A stretch of 63,819 nt of DNA, counting the filler, from Octopus bimaculoides (lineage: Eukaryota), in NCBI RefSeq assembly GCF_001194135.2. It is 6 parts of 5 records of this genome, joined end to end, with 100 filler letters (N's around TTAATTAATTAA, not from the genome) between each part and the next. Parts side by side here need not be neighbours in the genome. Positions count along the whole stretch, not along the records: positions 1 to 28,534 come from NC_068993.1; 5 more parts are not named here. The stretch is one strand, 5' to 3'. The notes under the pieces are model-generated. The model was not told where the DNA came from. It was given only the letters and a program-made list of their open reading frames with translations, and did not search any database. Positions 11,882 through 25,480 of the stretch are shown here, in pieces (the stretch's first letter is position 1; each line of letters starts with the position of its first letter). The position numbers and the translations under genes are program-made.

Positions 11882-12848
11882 ATGCACACATGCATGCCTG
11901 TTTTGAAGAGAAAGAGTAGGAAAAAGTGTGTAAGTGACAGAGAGAGAGAGAGAGATGAACTTTGTGTTAATAGAGGTGGGGAAGAAGGTGTGACTACATA
12001 TGAGACAAACAGAATGAGATAGAGCATGTGTGCATTCATCTGTAAACATGTTGACATGAAATGAGAAATTATACACACTATAAAGTGGTTGGCATTAGGA
12101 AGGACATCTAGCTGTAAAAACCATACCAAAACAGACACCGAAGCACAGCAAAGTCCTCTGATTTACCTCGGATAACCTTCATTGGCTATGGTACCGCCTC
12201 ATATATATATATCAATTTAAGTCACAATATATGAATTCAGGTAATCTGGTAGTAATCATAAAAAGAAGCTCCTTAATGTATCATTCGACAAAGCATATAG
12301 AATATACAGTACGACACAAGATAAAGGGATAAGTTGTATAAAGTCATAAATGACAGAGAAATGGTTTGATGAAATTTTATTTCACAATAAGAAAATAAGA
12401 AAATTCTAATATCATGACATTGTTTTGTAATTTAAAAACATGTAAATAATTTATATTATTATGTTTAATAATAAATAAACTATTTACATGCCTGCATTAA
12501 TGCAAAATGCAAAAAATTCTTTCAAAACAATGCAGAATTTAANNNNNNNNNNTATATATATGTGTGTGTGTGTGTGTGTCTGTGTGTATACATGTGTGTG
12601 TGTGTGTGTGTGTGTATGATGATATTGTATTGAATCTTTATGCTTCTATCTCTCTTCCTGTGTTTTCTGTCTTTTTCCCTCCTGACTGGCACATCAAACA
12701 TTATTCTATTAGCTATACTTATATAAATAATATCATCATCATTGTTTTACATCAGTGATTTTATTTCCTGATGGCATGAGAATAGAAATATCTGTTTCAG
12801 CTCACCAACGTATACACAATATATACAGACACACAAACATATACACAC

Positions 12849-12901
<53 letters not shown>

Positions 12902-12902
12902 T

Positions 12903-13062
12903 ACAATGGGCTTCTTCCAGTTTCCGTCTACCAAATCCACTCACAAGGCTTTGGTCGGCCCGAGGCTATAGTAGAAGACACTTGCCCAAGGTACCACGTA
13001 GTGGGACTGAACCCGGAACCATGTGGTCGGTAAGCAAGCTACTTACCACACAGCTACTCCTA
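12903..13062 (-). mobile_element. Family A SINE head and core (well preserved)
   Basis: Minus strand gctgtgtggtaagtagcttgcttacc..ggttccgggttcagtccc..ccttgggcaagtgtcttctactatagcc; tRNA B-box-like plus CORE-like ccttgggcaagt. Confidence 0.85.
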
Positions 13063-13359
13063 TGATGAGCTTCTTTCAATTTCTGTCTACCNNNNNNNNN
13101 NNNNNNNNNNNNNNNNNNNNNNNNNNNNNNNNNNNNNNNNNNNNNNNNNNNNNNNNNNNNNNNNNNNNNNNNNNNNNNNNNNNNNNNNNNNNNNNNNNNN
13201 NNNNNNNNNNNNNNNNNNNNNNNNNNNNNNNNNNNNNNNNNNNNNNNNNNNNNNNNNNNNNNNNNNNNNNNNNNNNNNNNNNNNNNNNNNNNNNNNNNNN
13301 NNNNNNNNNNNNNNNNNNNNNNNNNNNNNNNNNNNNNNNNNNNNNNNNNNNNNNNNAAT

Positions 13360-14545
13360 CCTTTTTCCCCTTTCTCCATCACTTAGTGACATCATTCTCT
13401 CCGCCATGCATTCGTAACCTTTTTCACTGGGGATGGGGTCTTCTAAATTTTGTGGTGTCTGTTCTTTCTTTTTCTTTTTTTCTTGTGGAAAAATAGGGTG
13501 GGTGGGTTTGGTGTCTGTATGGGGAGGGTGGGTCTGAGTGGTCTTGGATGGGATGGAGTTGGACTGGGGTACCACATCATACTTAGTGCTTTTTCTGTTT
13601 TTTCCTCTTTCACCTTCTGCTCTCTGTAACTTTCCATTCTTCCTCCTTTCCTCCATCTGTCTTTTCTTCCTCTCTTTTCTCTTCTGTCTCCACAACTGTA
13701 TCCTCAGCCATTATCTTCTGTAGAAGGTAGTATGCTCTAATGTGGCCCTTTTGGCTACACTTACAACAACGTGGTACTCTGACCTCTACCCACACCCTCA
13801 GCATGGTTTCCCCCAATGTCACTGTCTCTGCCAAGTTCTCCAGTTGATCCTCCTCCGCCTGAATAATTAGTTCAAGTATCCTTCCTTTCCACCCTCCTTC
13901 TTCCGTTTTTGTGGCTTGGAGGACAGCCACCTTCTCCTCGCTCCCAACAAGGACAGCTGCCACTACCCAAGCCACTTCTATATCCAGTGGAATTGCTTCT
14001 ACCCTCACCTTGGAAGTCTTTCTTCCAAGGTATGTGGGCAGAAGCACTACTTCCTCTGTTTTCACCACCACACTCACCAGCCTCCTCGCCTCCTCTACTG
14101 TCCTAAATTGGACGACCATTGTCCCATATCTTCTTCCTTTGGTTATGTGCATTATCTCCTTTGTACGTTCCCTCAGCACCTTTTCCACTTCTGCCTCCAC
14201 CTGTTCTGCCTTTTTTTCCTTTCAACGAGTATACCTTATAGGTGATCGTTTTCTTCTCCATCCTTTCCATAATTCCTTTGGGAAGCGACAACTTCACATC
14301 ACCACCCACCTTCTGAGTCATCTTCTCGTACTCCTTCAGACCAGCCAAGTCCAGCTCCCTTTGCTTCACCTCCGTGGCTTCAGCAAAACTCCTTGTCTTC
14401 AACACTCTATCCATCTTTATAACCGCCCTTACCAGCTCCTCCTCTGATGATGACAACTCAGACCCATCAAGGTCTGAGTACAGATTCTAAACAACACAAA
14501 AAAACTACGTCCAACTTTTACAAAATCCAGACAGCAAATAACCTG
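13360..14545 (-). mobile_element. ORF1 (gag-like, RRM-like region plus CCHC knuckle) of a non-LTR retroelement with one frameshift; no ORF2 visible
   Basis: ORFs 14103-14456 and 13610-14200 join via a +1 shift at an A7 run; C-x2-C-x4-H knuckle RCCKCSQKGHIRAY; homologue at 55700-57000. Confidence 0.75.
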
Positions 14546-14844
14546 ACGCATGCATGGAAGCAAACTTCTTACCACACTGCCATGCCCACACCTATGTTAA
14601 TAAAAAAAAAAAGTTGATGGTCGTGGCTGAAACACTTGATCAACCAAGGCTGACCTTGAACTAAACATCAGCATTTTATTAATGGGGATTTCGATTCACT
14701 CACCCTCTCCCCTCGTCTCTCCCTCTTCTCTTTTGTCTTATATTATTACTCCTGTTTTCCACTTCACACAATTCTGTCTTGTTTACATATATCTGTTCAA
14801 GTTTTTCCAGAATTAATGGTCAAGGTTTTTTTATGTTTCTAAAC

Positions 14845-15073
14845 CAGTGGTTTTCAGCTGGGGTCCATCTAAGGTTTTGTTGTTAAAATTGGCAATAAAT
14901 TGGTTATATTTCTACAATACGCAAATATTTTAACAATTTTTACTTTATACAATACATAATAACATTTAACTATAAACATATATGGGATTTAAAAAAAAAA
15001 AAACTTCAAATGGCTATGAGGGTAAAATAGGAATCTAGGGTGTCCACAGCCAAAAAATGGTTGAAAACCACTT
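14845..15073 (+). mobile_element. hAT (Charlie/MER5-like) MITE
   Basis: TIRs CAGTGGTTTTCAGC / GTTGAAAACCACT; 8-bp flanks TTCTAAAC and TCCTAACC (6/8 match). Confidence 0.75.
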
Positions 15074-15919
15074 TCCTAACCTTATGACCAACCAAAAACC
15101 CTCAAATGATGGGCCACAAACTGTAACATCCCCTACCCAAAACCTCATCAACCACCCTCTTAATTTGCTGGAATTCTATCTTGTTTTGCAAGCCCTGCAA
15201 CCTTATTCTAAGCCTTGTATCATATAGGATATTGCCTTTCCCTCTCCCCCCCTCTCTCTCTCTCTCACACACACATTTCTTGCTGGGGGATCTATCTCTA
15301 CCATCTGTTATACAATCTCAATTTAAATATTCCACCCCACCTTTTCCCCCCCTCTATTTTTTTTTGTTTTTTTTTAAATTCATCTGTGTATGTTGCTGTC
15401 ACCACCACTACCATTACCCCCATTTCATTTAGTTTCTTTTCTTTTTTTTTTTAATGCTCAATCTCCGTCTTTCAAACCTTTGCAAGTATGCTGTCATCTA
15501 TCAGAGAGAGAGAGAGAGAAGTGTGACTTTGCTTACTACATCAGTGAAAGCAGCCTGTGTTGGAGATATCTATGATTGTTATGAACTGCAAATGAGGAGC
15601 AGATGATAAACATCTGTGAAGGCTAGAAACTAGAAACCCAATGACACTCTTTTGTCACTCTTACCATCAGATATGCAAGCAAAGTATAATTGGTCCCTTA
15701 GAACCAACAACAGAATCATTCACCAAAGAAAAGGCACACTCATCTCTGACTCATGTAAGACAGCATAACTTGAGCTGGTGCCACAATAAACATCCCCATT
15801 CCCTTTTTATTATCTTGGTGGTCTGGTAAATTCAATGTATTAGGTTTTATATTACCACTGAGTCAAAGAAGAGGCTTCAATGTGGTTGCTTCAAACTGGC
15901 ATTCTGTCACTTACATTGA

Positions 15920-16200
15920 TGAGGATCCCTGTTGATCAGATCAACAGAACAACCTGCTCATGAAATTAACATGCAAGAGGTTGAATATTCCACAGACACA
16001 TGTACTCTTTACGTAGTTCTTGGAGAGATTCAGCGTGACACAGAACGTGACATGGTCGGCCCTTTGAATAACAGATGCAACTCATTTTTGCCAGCTGAGT
16101 GGACTAGAGCAACGTGAAATAAAGTGTCTTGCTCAAGGACACAGTGCACTGCGAATCAAACCTATGACTTTACAGTCATGAGCGGAATACACTAACCAGC
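15920..16200 (-). mobile_element. tRNA-derived SINE family C
   Basis: Minus strand tgtgtccttgagcaagacacttta..tcagctggcaaaaatgagttg..tgtcacgctgaatctc..ctgttgatcagatcaac. Confidence 0.8.
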
Positions 16201-16496
16201 TAGAAACAGTCACCAAATTTCCCTATCTGCATTATAATAAAAGGGATGCATCATAAGTAATGTGGTATTACTTTGATTATGCCTTAAAAATAATGATGAA
16301 ATGGCCATGAATTGAAAGTCTTTGATTGTATGACTGCTCAGTCAGGGCTGACCAGATATTTAACATTAAGAGTGACATCTTCATCATCTTTGAAGATAAC
16401 CCATCATTTTAGTCTTAGCTTCCAATGGCACTATTGTATACCAGTCAAGGTGATATTGTGAAACTTGAAAGTTCTTCGTTTCTACCCACTCCCTAC

Positions 16497-16860
16497 CATC
16501 TTTTATCTTTTACTTGTTTCACTCATTAAACTGTGACCACACTGGGGCATTAACTTCAACAATTTTAGTCAAATGAATTGATCCCAGTACTTATTTTCTT
16601 AAACCTGGTATTTATTCTATCGGTCTCTTATACCGAACTGCTAAGTTACAGTGACATAAAGACACCAACATTGATTATCAAGCGGTGGTGGGGACAAAGA
16701 CAGACAAAAACACATTTGCTTGTTTTAGATTTCATCTACCAAATCCACTCATAAGGCTTTGGTCAGAAGACACTTGCTCGAGGTGCCATGCAGTGGGACT
16801 GAAACTAAAAGCATGAGATTGGGAAGCAAACTTCTTACCATGCAGCCACGACTGTGCCTA
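16497..16860 (-). mobile_element. Family A SINE
   Basis: Head, core and tail on the minus strand. Confidence 0.75.
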
Positions 16861-17282
16861 CTAAGCTAAATGAAACAAAAAATAATGAACTTCCTCCATC
16901 TTTATATCCCATAACGATACAAATATCATTTAACTGTTGCATGACTAAGTTTCATTTACATCAGCCCCCAAGCCAAACTTACCTACCAAACTGAAGAACT
17001 TTTATCCTCAGTTCCCATCTTTGCAAGTTTTACATAGTTAATGTAGAAAATTAAGGTTTTTACTTGGTAGTTCTCAGTCTTTTTGACTTCATGATCCTCC
17101 AGGGATCAAATTATAAATTATTGGTGCATTTCACATAGAAACTTAAAAAGAATTATGATTTAATCTTTTGATAGCAACCTGCCTAAAACCACCCCTGGTT
17201 CTATAATACAAACTTCCTGTTTTAAGTGATTTAAATTAAAACCTTCCTTCAAATTTTCTTGTTTATATATATACACCAACTA

Positions 17283-17700
17283 ATAAGGCAGCAGGCTGGT
17301 AGAATTGTTAGCATCTTGGGCAAAATGCTTAGTTGCATTTCATCTATTTTCACGTTCTGAGTTCAAATTCTACTGAAGTTTTATTTGTCTTTCATCCATT
17401 CAGGGTAGACTAAATAGATACCAGTCGAGTACTGGGTTGATGTATTTGACTTTTGTGCCAAAATATGGAACCAATTTATATCTCAAATAAGGTAGTTAGC
17501 TGGTGGAATCATTAGCATGCTAAGCAAATTGCTTAGCAGTATTTTGTCAATCTTTATGTTCTGAGTTCAAGTTCTGCTTAGGTTGACTTTGCCTTTCATC
17601 CTTTCAGGATAGATAAAATAAGTACCAGTTGAGTACTGGGGTCAATGTAATCGACTTATCCCCCACACTGAAATTGTTGGCTTTGTACCAAAATTTGAGA
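17283..17700 (+). mobile_element. Two tandem family B SINEs
   Basis: B core occurs twice. Confidence 0.75.
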
Positions 17701-18360
17701 GTAATATATATCCCAAATAGCTTGACAATGACAAAGATATTTTACTAAATTCTTCATTGTTTTAAAAATTAATTGAAATGAAGGCAGTATATTTCAACAA
17801 AAAGATTAAAGTTAAAACTTTAGAAAAAAGATTAGAAAGCTATTACTTCCCTTCTTTATTAATCGTACTTTTGTAAAATAAAGTTATAAATAACACATTT
17901 CTTCTTTCAAGTTCTTGACTAAGCACGAATTTCCTTTTTAGAAGAGGCATACTGTATTTTTGCATATTTTATGAGGTAGCCAAAAGGGTTAGCATTATGA
18001 ATAGCTTCTGAATAATATGGCTTCAAAAAGTCCTGTTCAATTTCTGCGAACATGGAAAAGCAGACACATAAAAATAATGAGTGTGTGTGTGTCATATAAG
18101 TTTCTGCACCTCATGTTTACTTGCATATTGGGTTCAATGGGTGTCTGTATATCTTTACAAACATATATGTGTGCATGTAAATGATTTGTATGCAAAAAGT
18201 CTACTTTGATAATATATACATATGCATTGTATATGTGTCTATATTTCTTTGTACAAGAAATGAGTGTTTGAGAACATTAGTGTGTCAGCTCCTCCTGTAT
18301 GCATATGTAATAATTGTGTGTGTACTATATAAATAATAATTATTTATTTTCTTGTATCAG

Positions 18361-18439
18361 CAATGTGGCCCTGATGGTAAAACTGCTGGACAAATACACT
18401 ATGAAAACCTTTGTATGAAGGCTGTAAATCAATCCATTG
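18361..18439 (+). CDS. DDX11: DDX11 exon, QCGPDGKTAGQIHYENLCMKAVNQSI(G), motif VI start
   Basis: ttgtatcAG acceptor, GTAAGA donor; ENLCMKAVNQSIG motif; phase 0-1. Confidence 0.97.
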
Positions 18440-18484
18440 GTAAGATAAATATTTTAATATTCACATATATTCTACTTTATATCA

Positions 18485-18885
18485 TGAATAGCTACAGGTG
18501 TGACTATGTGGTTAAGATGCTTGCTTTCCAACCATGTAGTCTTAGGTTCAGGCCCACTGTGTGGCACTTTGGGTAAATGTCTCCTACCATAGACCTAGGC
18601 AGACAAGAGTCTGGTGAATAGTTTTTGGTTGATGGAAACTGAAAGAAGCCAACTTTCTCTCACTCTTTCTTCCTGTTTCTGTTGTACCTGTATTTCAAAG
18701 GGCCAGCCTTGTCGCACTGTGTCACGCTGAATATCCCCGAGAACTACGTTAAGGGTACACGTGTCTGTGGAATGCTCAGCCACTTGCACGTTAATTTCAC
18801 GAGCAGGCTGTTCCGTTGATCGGATCGACTGTAAACCTCGATGTCGTAAGCGACGGAGTGCTAACAACAACAACAACAATAATAT
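18485..18885 (+). mobile_element. Family A head followed by a family C 3' part with a CAA tail
   Basis: A head 18485-18640; aactttctctcactc..gacggagtgctaacaacaac 18645-18885. Confidence 0.75.
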
Positions 18886-21382
18886 AGGTGGCTCATTAGT
18901 AATTAAAGACCAAAACGGAATGAATAAATGAGAGTGTAAAATAGCACTGGCAAATGCTAGAAATGAAAGTCGGAATTTAACTCAGAAAGCCTCTGAAAAC
19001 ACTAAATGCATGATATTTATGAGATTCAGACACAGCATGCTATACATACTCAGTTATATGATTCATTAGAATCTAGGTATTTCAACATGTAGGACGCCAG
19101 AAAAGGACTGATACTGGTCTTGCAATATTCAGTTGCCATTAGCTGGTTGTCTGGTGCAAGTATGTATATTCTTTACCTGCCAATAGAACAAGTACCAGGC
19201 TTTAGAAAAAACAACTGCAGCCGTCGCCAGAATCTACAAGCATATAGAAACAGACTAGATAGTGGAGCAAATATATGTCTAGACACTGACTGTCACATTG
19301 CACCCATTATTGTTAACCACTGCTTGCTGGAGTACGCAGTATGTCCTTCAGTCAGAGGGTAACTGGAACAACTAATATGTGGGTTTCACTTTGTCATTCA
19401 CCCAGCTAGCTGCGTAACCATTGTTGCTGCTTGATAAGAGCTGACCTGGGGGCTTACATAGCAAAAAATATGATAATGCAGGGCAGTTGCAGCAAAGGAC
19501 CTCATGCATAATAATTGACTTGCAAGATGATTGAAGTGTTTAGTTTGTATAGGGATTACGACGGTGTTAATATTGAAGGTTTAAGATGGTTGGTGGGGGT
19601 TAAGTGAACGCCAAAGAATTCAAAAGGGGTTAGAGTGGGTGGTGGTGACGGTAGTGAAGGTGGAAGTGGTGGTGGCGACAGCTGCTATGGTGATGATGGT
19701 GGTAGCAGTGGCGTGGTGGTGGTGACTGGTGGCAGTGGTGGTGGTGGTGTTGCACATAGTTTTTGAGAGGTCTGAAATGGAATTCTTGTTTTGGTAGTGG
19801 TAGGTGGTGGTAGATGGTAGGTAGGTGGTGATGATATGGAATGTCTGCAGATTTTGGTTATCACAAAAGAAAAGAAATAATTTGCATCGTAAAAAACAAA
19901 AAAAGGTACCCCCAGCCCCTTATGGAATGGCGTAAGTGTTATTGCATAGACGTATCAGTATATGTCTGTGTGCATTGTTGCATAGTTCTGTCTGTTTGTC
20001 TGTCACTGGGTTTTTCTTTTTTTTTTTCTTTGTTTTATTTGTCTCATACGAATGTGTGTGTTTGTGTATGCGTCTCCCTGTGTGTGTCTGCATGTCTTTT
20101 TCTGTCATGAATGCATGTGTGTGTGTGTGTGTGTGTCTACATGTCTTTGGTGCTGTGTGTGTGTATCTGTGTGTGTCTACGTGTCTTTGGTGCTTGAAGT
20201 GATAGCAGCAGATGTTTGGTCTGCAGATCTTTATCTTCTGTTTATACCATTAGCAGTAGAGAGGGAGGCAGGAGAAAGAGAGAGAGAGAAGATTGTGTGT
20301 GTGTGTATATGTGTGTGTGTGGATGTGGATAGGTGAGGGAGAGGTATGGAGGGTGTGAGAAAAAAGGGGATGGGACAAGAGTGTGTTTGTATATTTGTAT
20401 GATGGAGAGGAGATNNNNNNNNNNNNNNNNNNNNNNNNNNNNNNNNNNNNNNNNNNNNNNNNNNNNNNNNNNNNNNNNNNNNNNNNNNNNNNNNNNNNNN
20501 NNNNNNNNNNNNNNNNNNNNNNNNNNNNNNNNNNNNNNNNNNNNNNNNNNNNNNNNNNNNNNNNNNNNNNNNNNNNNNNNNNNNNNNNNNNNNNNNNNNN
20601 NNNNNNNNNNNNNNNNNNNNNNNNNNNNNNNNNNNNNNNNNNNNNNNNNNNNNNNNNNNNNNNNNNNNNNNNNNNNNNNNNNNNNNNNNNNNNNNNNNNN
20701 NNNNNNNNNNNNNNNNNNNNNNNNNNNNNNNNNNNNNNNNNNNNNNNNNNNNNNNNNNNNNNNNNNNNNNNNNNNNNNNNNNNNNNNNNNNNNNNNNNNN
20801 NNNNNNNNNNNNNNNNNNNNNNNNNNNNNNNNNNNNNNNNNNNNNNNNNNNNNNNNNNNNNNNNNNNNNNNNNNNNNNNNNNNNNNNNNNNNNNNNNNNN
20901 NNNNNNNNNNNNNNNNNNNNNNNNNNNNNNNNNNNNNNNNNNNNNNNNNNNNNNNNNNNNNNNNNNNNNNNNNNNNNNNNNNNNNNNNNNNNNNNNNNNN
21001 NNNNNNNNNNNNNNNNNNNNNNNNNNNNNNNNNNNNNNNNNNNNNNNNNNNNNNNNNNNNNNNNNNNNNNNNNNNNNNNNNNNNNNNNNNNNNNNNNNNN
21101 NNNNNNNNNNNNNNNNNNNNNNNNNNNNNNNNNNNNNNNNNNNNNNNNNNNNNNNNNNNNNNNNNNNNNNNNNNNNNNNNNNNNNNNNNNNNNNNNNNNN
21201 NNNNNNNNNNNNNNNNNNNNNNNNNNNNNNNNNNNNNNNNNNNNNNNNNNNNNNNNNNNNNNNNNNNNNNNNNNNNNNNNNNNNNNNNNNNNNNNNNNNN
21301 NNNNNNNNNNNNNNNNNNNNNNNNNNNNNNNNNNNNNNNNNNNNNNNNNNNNNNNNNNNNNNNNNNNNNNNNNNNNNNNNNN

Positions 21383-21422
<40 letters not shown>

Positions 21423-21426
<4 letters not shown>

Positions 21427-21590
21427 GACAGGCTTCTTTCAGTTTCCGTCTACCAAATTCACTCACAAGGCTTTGGTCGGCCCGAGGCTATAGTAGAAGA
21501 CACTTGCCCAAAGCGCCATGCAGTGGGACTGAACCCGGAACCATGTAGTTCGTAAGCAAGCTACTTACCACACAGCCACTCCTACGCCTA
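21423..21590 (-). mobile_element. Family A SINE head and core
   Basis: Near-identical to 12903-13062. Confidence 0.85.
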
Positions 21591-22779
21591 TATATTTTTA
21601 GGATGGTATTGTAGGGTAGGTGTAAGAGGCCAGATCTGGTTGGTGTAAACATAAAAGATTTAAAGTATTTGGGCCGGATATGGCTGGTTTAAATGCTAAA
21701 GTGTTAAGGTACCTTGGACTACCTTGTCTGATGTAACTTTCCTCCTTTTGAAACAAATTTTAGGTGTGATTTGAGCAAAATTTAGCTGCTATTTCTAGGA
21801 GCTTGATCCATCATTTAAAATCATGTAGGATAATCAGTCAAGACAGTGGTGGATGTTGATGGTGATGATGAGGGAAGCAGGAGATGTTGGTGGTAGTACC
21901 AGTTACATTGATAGTCTTTCTTGGTGGTGCAATAATTGATAAAAGTTAACACTCATTGAAGGTGTCATAGATACAGTAATAGTTATCATTGTGGGGGTAA
22001 GTAGTGGTGGTAATGGTGGTGGTAGCGGTGACAGTTGTTATTTATCCCACAGGTCAGTTCTGGTTGAGACAACCTATGCTTATATGATATGATGCAATGA
22101 AAGGCATTCTAGCCTTGATCATCTTGTCTCGTTTTCCGGCATTTTGTATCCTGGTTGGCATCTAATGTTTTTTTTTTTTTGGGGGGGGGGAGTTTATGGT
22201 ATGGTGTAATTTGAGTGAATTTTAACACTATTTATAATAAGTTAAGCGGCCAATGTTGAGGTTTCTTCATCAGCTCTTGTAGCAGTTATGGGTAGTAATT
22301 CGAGGCAATTTAGCTGTCTTTTTTTTGGGGGATGGGGTTGGAGAGATATTAGAGTGACCAACCAATGCCAGCAGGTTGCCATTAATGCTCCCTTCCTAAT
22401 GTGACAACAACAGACCATGCCCATCACTAAGGGTGTGCACTGGATGGTACTGCCCCTTCACTATTCAATCGTGCGCCCTCAGATTTAGAAAATACAGTTT
22501 ACCAAAATCTTCCCACAGTACAAATTAGTGCCCTCCCAGAATATTCTGAAGCAACCCCCAGGTACCAAAGTCTTGCAATGGGCCTGTGATTCTGGTGATA
22601 TGTGATGTTCTATGTTTTGTACATAATACAGTAAAGTTAATTGTATTAGTCTTGAAGTATATTGTTGTTTTAACTAGTAAGATAATCTAGAAGTATTAAA
22701 CCATGTATTTTTTTATGTAGTTTACCAACGATTTCATAATTAATGATCTGCTTGTAATTCAGAATTTGTTAGGTGTTTA

Positions 22780-23665
22780 GGTGCTGGCATGGTTGTGTAG
22801 TTAAGAAACTCACTTTGTATCCACTTCTTTGGGGATTCAGTCCCGTTGTGCAGATCAGGTGTCTTCTGTAGCCCTAGGTCAACCAATGCCTTGCGTATAA
22901 ATTTAATAGACAGAAACTGTGTGCAGGTAGAAGCCATCATACGTACATGCATTCATACATGCATAAAAGAAGAAGAACTGGCACTCTGTTGGTCACTATG
23001 ATGGGGGTTTCAGTTGATCTTGTGAAATTAATGTGCAAGTGGCTGAGTACTCCACTGACACACATACCTTTAACTTTGTTCTCAGGGAGATTCAGAGTGA
23101 CACAGAATGTGACAAAGCCACTCCTTTAATTTATAAGTACAACTCATTTTGTCAGCTGAGTGGACAGGAACAATGTAAAATGAAGTGTCTTGCTCAAGGA
23201 CTCTACGCATCACTGGGAATACATACATACAGACAGACAGACAGACAGACAGACATATATACATGTCAATGTGTTTGTATCTGCCACCTCACTACACAGT
23301 TTGACAGCCAGTGTTTGTTTGTTTGTTTACATCCCCATTACTTAACACTTAGGCAAAAGTGACCATCATCATCATCATCATTATCATTTAACATCCGCTT
23401 TCCATGCTAGCATGGGTTGGACGATTTGACTGGGGACTGGCGAACCAGATGGCTACACCAGACTCCAATCTTATCTGGCAGTTTCTACAGCTGGATGCCC
23501 TTCCTAATGCCAACCACTCCGAGAGTGACCAATATGATATAATTACAAGGCTTTAAAAAAAAAGAAACGTGTGTCCTGGGGTCAATGTGTTTGACTAAAA
23601 TCCTTCAAGACAATGCCTCCGCATGGCTGCAGTCCAATGACTGAAACAAGTAAAAGATAAAAGAT
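22780..23665 (+). mobile_element. Family A SINE interrupted by family C (about 22985-23215, minus) and family D (about 23365-23527, minus)
   Basis: Collinear A segments separated by recognisable C and D cores. Confidence 0.7.
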
Positions 23666-23930
23666 TTGGTCTACATAGCAAATGATGAACAATAGCATCT
23701 GATTTACAGCTTTACACTGGGCCAATCATTGGATGTCTTTACTGCATTTCTAGAATCAGGATTGACAATGAAGTGTCTGTACATCTTTAATACAGCACAA
23801 AACCTACATAAAAGCCCTACATCTTTCATTTTGTTGTTTAGCCCACCCATTTCTCAGTTCTGGTGGTGAATACCTATAATATGCTTTCAGTCTTGACATT
23901 GTCTTTTAGAGATTGTCTACTTTAGAGATA

Positions 23931-24580
23931 TAGGCGCAGGCATGGCTGTGTGGCAAGAAGCTTGCTTCCCAACCCCATGGTTCCAGGTTCAGTCCCATTG
24001 TGTGGCACCTTGGGCAAGTGTCTTCTACTATGGCTTTGGGCTGACCAAAGTCCTGTGAATGGATTTGGTAGACAGAAACTGAAAGGCAGCGAGCTGGCAG
24101 AAACGTTAGCACACCGGGCGAAATGCTTAGCGGTATTTCTTCTGTCGCTACGTTCTGAGTTCAAATTCCACCGAGGTCAACTTAGCCTTTCATCCTTTCA
24201 GGGTCGATTAAATAAGTACCAGTTACGCACTGGGGTCGTTATAATCGACTTAATCCCTTTGTCTGTCCTTGTTTGTCCCCTCTATGTTTAGCCCCTTGTG
24301 GGCAATAAAGAAATAAGAAACTGAACGAAGCCTATCATATATGTGTGTGTGTATGTTTGTGTCTGTGTTTGTTCCCCTACTCCACTGCTTGACAACTGAT
24401 ATTAGTGTAATTATGTCCCTGTAACGCAGCAGTTCAATAAAAGAGACTGACAAAATAGGTAGGCTTTAAAACAAAAGTACTGGGATCATTTCATTTGACT
24501 AAAAGTTTTTCAAGGTGGTGCCCCAGTATGGCCTCAGTCTAATGACTGAAACAATTAAAAGGATAAAAAGATAAAATATA
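23931..24580 (+). mobile_element. Family A SINE with a nested family B SINE (about 24085-24320)
   Basis: A breaks at gaaactgaa and resumes at gaaactgaacgaagcc. Confidence 0.8.
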
Positions 24581-24884
24581 AGGTTATCTAATCTTATGTG
24601 TTTTAGGGGTTTTGTTTTTTGATGGTGTTGTGGGACTTGAGAAAATTTGGGTGTTATTTCTAGCAAGCTGATTGACCTTTCTTTCTTTTTTTTTTTTTTT
24701 TTTTTTAAATCTTTTTATTTGTTTCAGTCATTGGACTGTAGCCATGTTGGGGTACCATCTTGAAGGGTTTTGTCAAACAAATCACTCCCAGAACTTAGGT
24801 TTTTATAAATTTAGTGCTTCTTCTGTTGGTCTCTTTTGTTGAACCACTGAGTTACAGGGACGTAAACAAACCACTGTCAATTCC

Positions 24885-25480
24885 ATATCATCATCATTGT
24901 CATCATTTTTTAACTTTCATTTTCTATGCTGCCATGGGTTGGACGGTTTGACCGGAGCTGATAAGCAGAGGAGCTGCACAAGGTTCCAGTCTAATATGGC
25001 ATGGTTTCTACAGCTGGATGCCCTTGTTAATGCCAACACTTTACAGAGTGTACTCGGTGCTTTTTACGTGGCACTGGCCTGGGTGCTTTTACATGGTGTT
25101 GGCACAGGGCTCTTACACCCAGGCAATTCCTCTTTAACAGGGGGAGCAGCATTAACACTTTTGCCAGGTCTTCTTGAATACAGTAAAGTACCAGATATCT
25201 TGGTCTTTTGTCATCTCTTCCATAAGTGTCAGTGTCTTGAGAATGCCCTTCAGTACTTCATCCCATGTCTTCCTGGGTCTCCCTCTTCCATGTGTTCCAT
25301 CCACTCTGAGTGATCGGTGCTTCTCTATGGAGCTCTCTACACCCATCTACATCACATGACCAAACCATTGTAGGCTTCTCTCTTGCATACGGCATCTAAT
25401 TCCACTTATACAGCTGCTATACTGAGTGTATCGAGTACATTTTTTGTGGCCCCCCCAGCACTAGTGGGGTCACTCAGTAA
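24885..25480 (-). mobile_element. RTE LINE 3' fragment (end of ORF2 plus 3' tail with GAT repeats)
   Basis: ORF 25152-25346: GTHGRGRPRKTWDEVLK..L..MEEMTKDQDIW, a typical RTE C-terminus, followed by the family D tail. Confidence 0.75.

Noticed and set aside
22240-22290. Minus-strand CTGATGAAGAAACC motif
   Set aside because: No coherent helices I-III.
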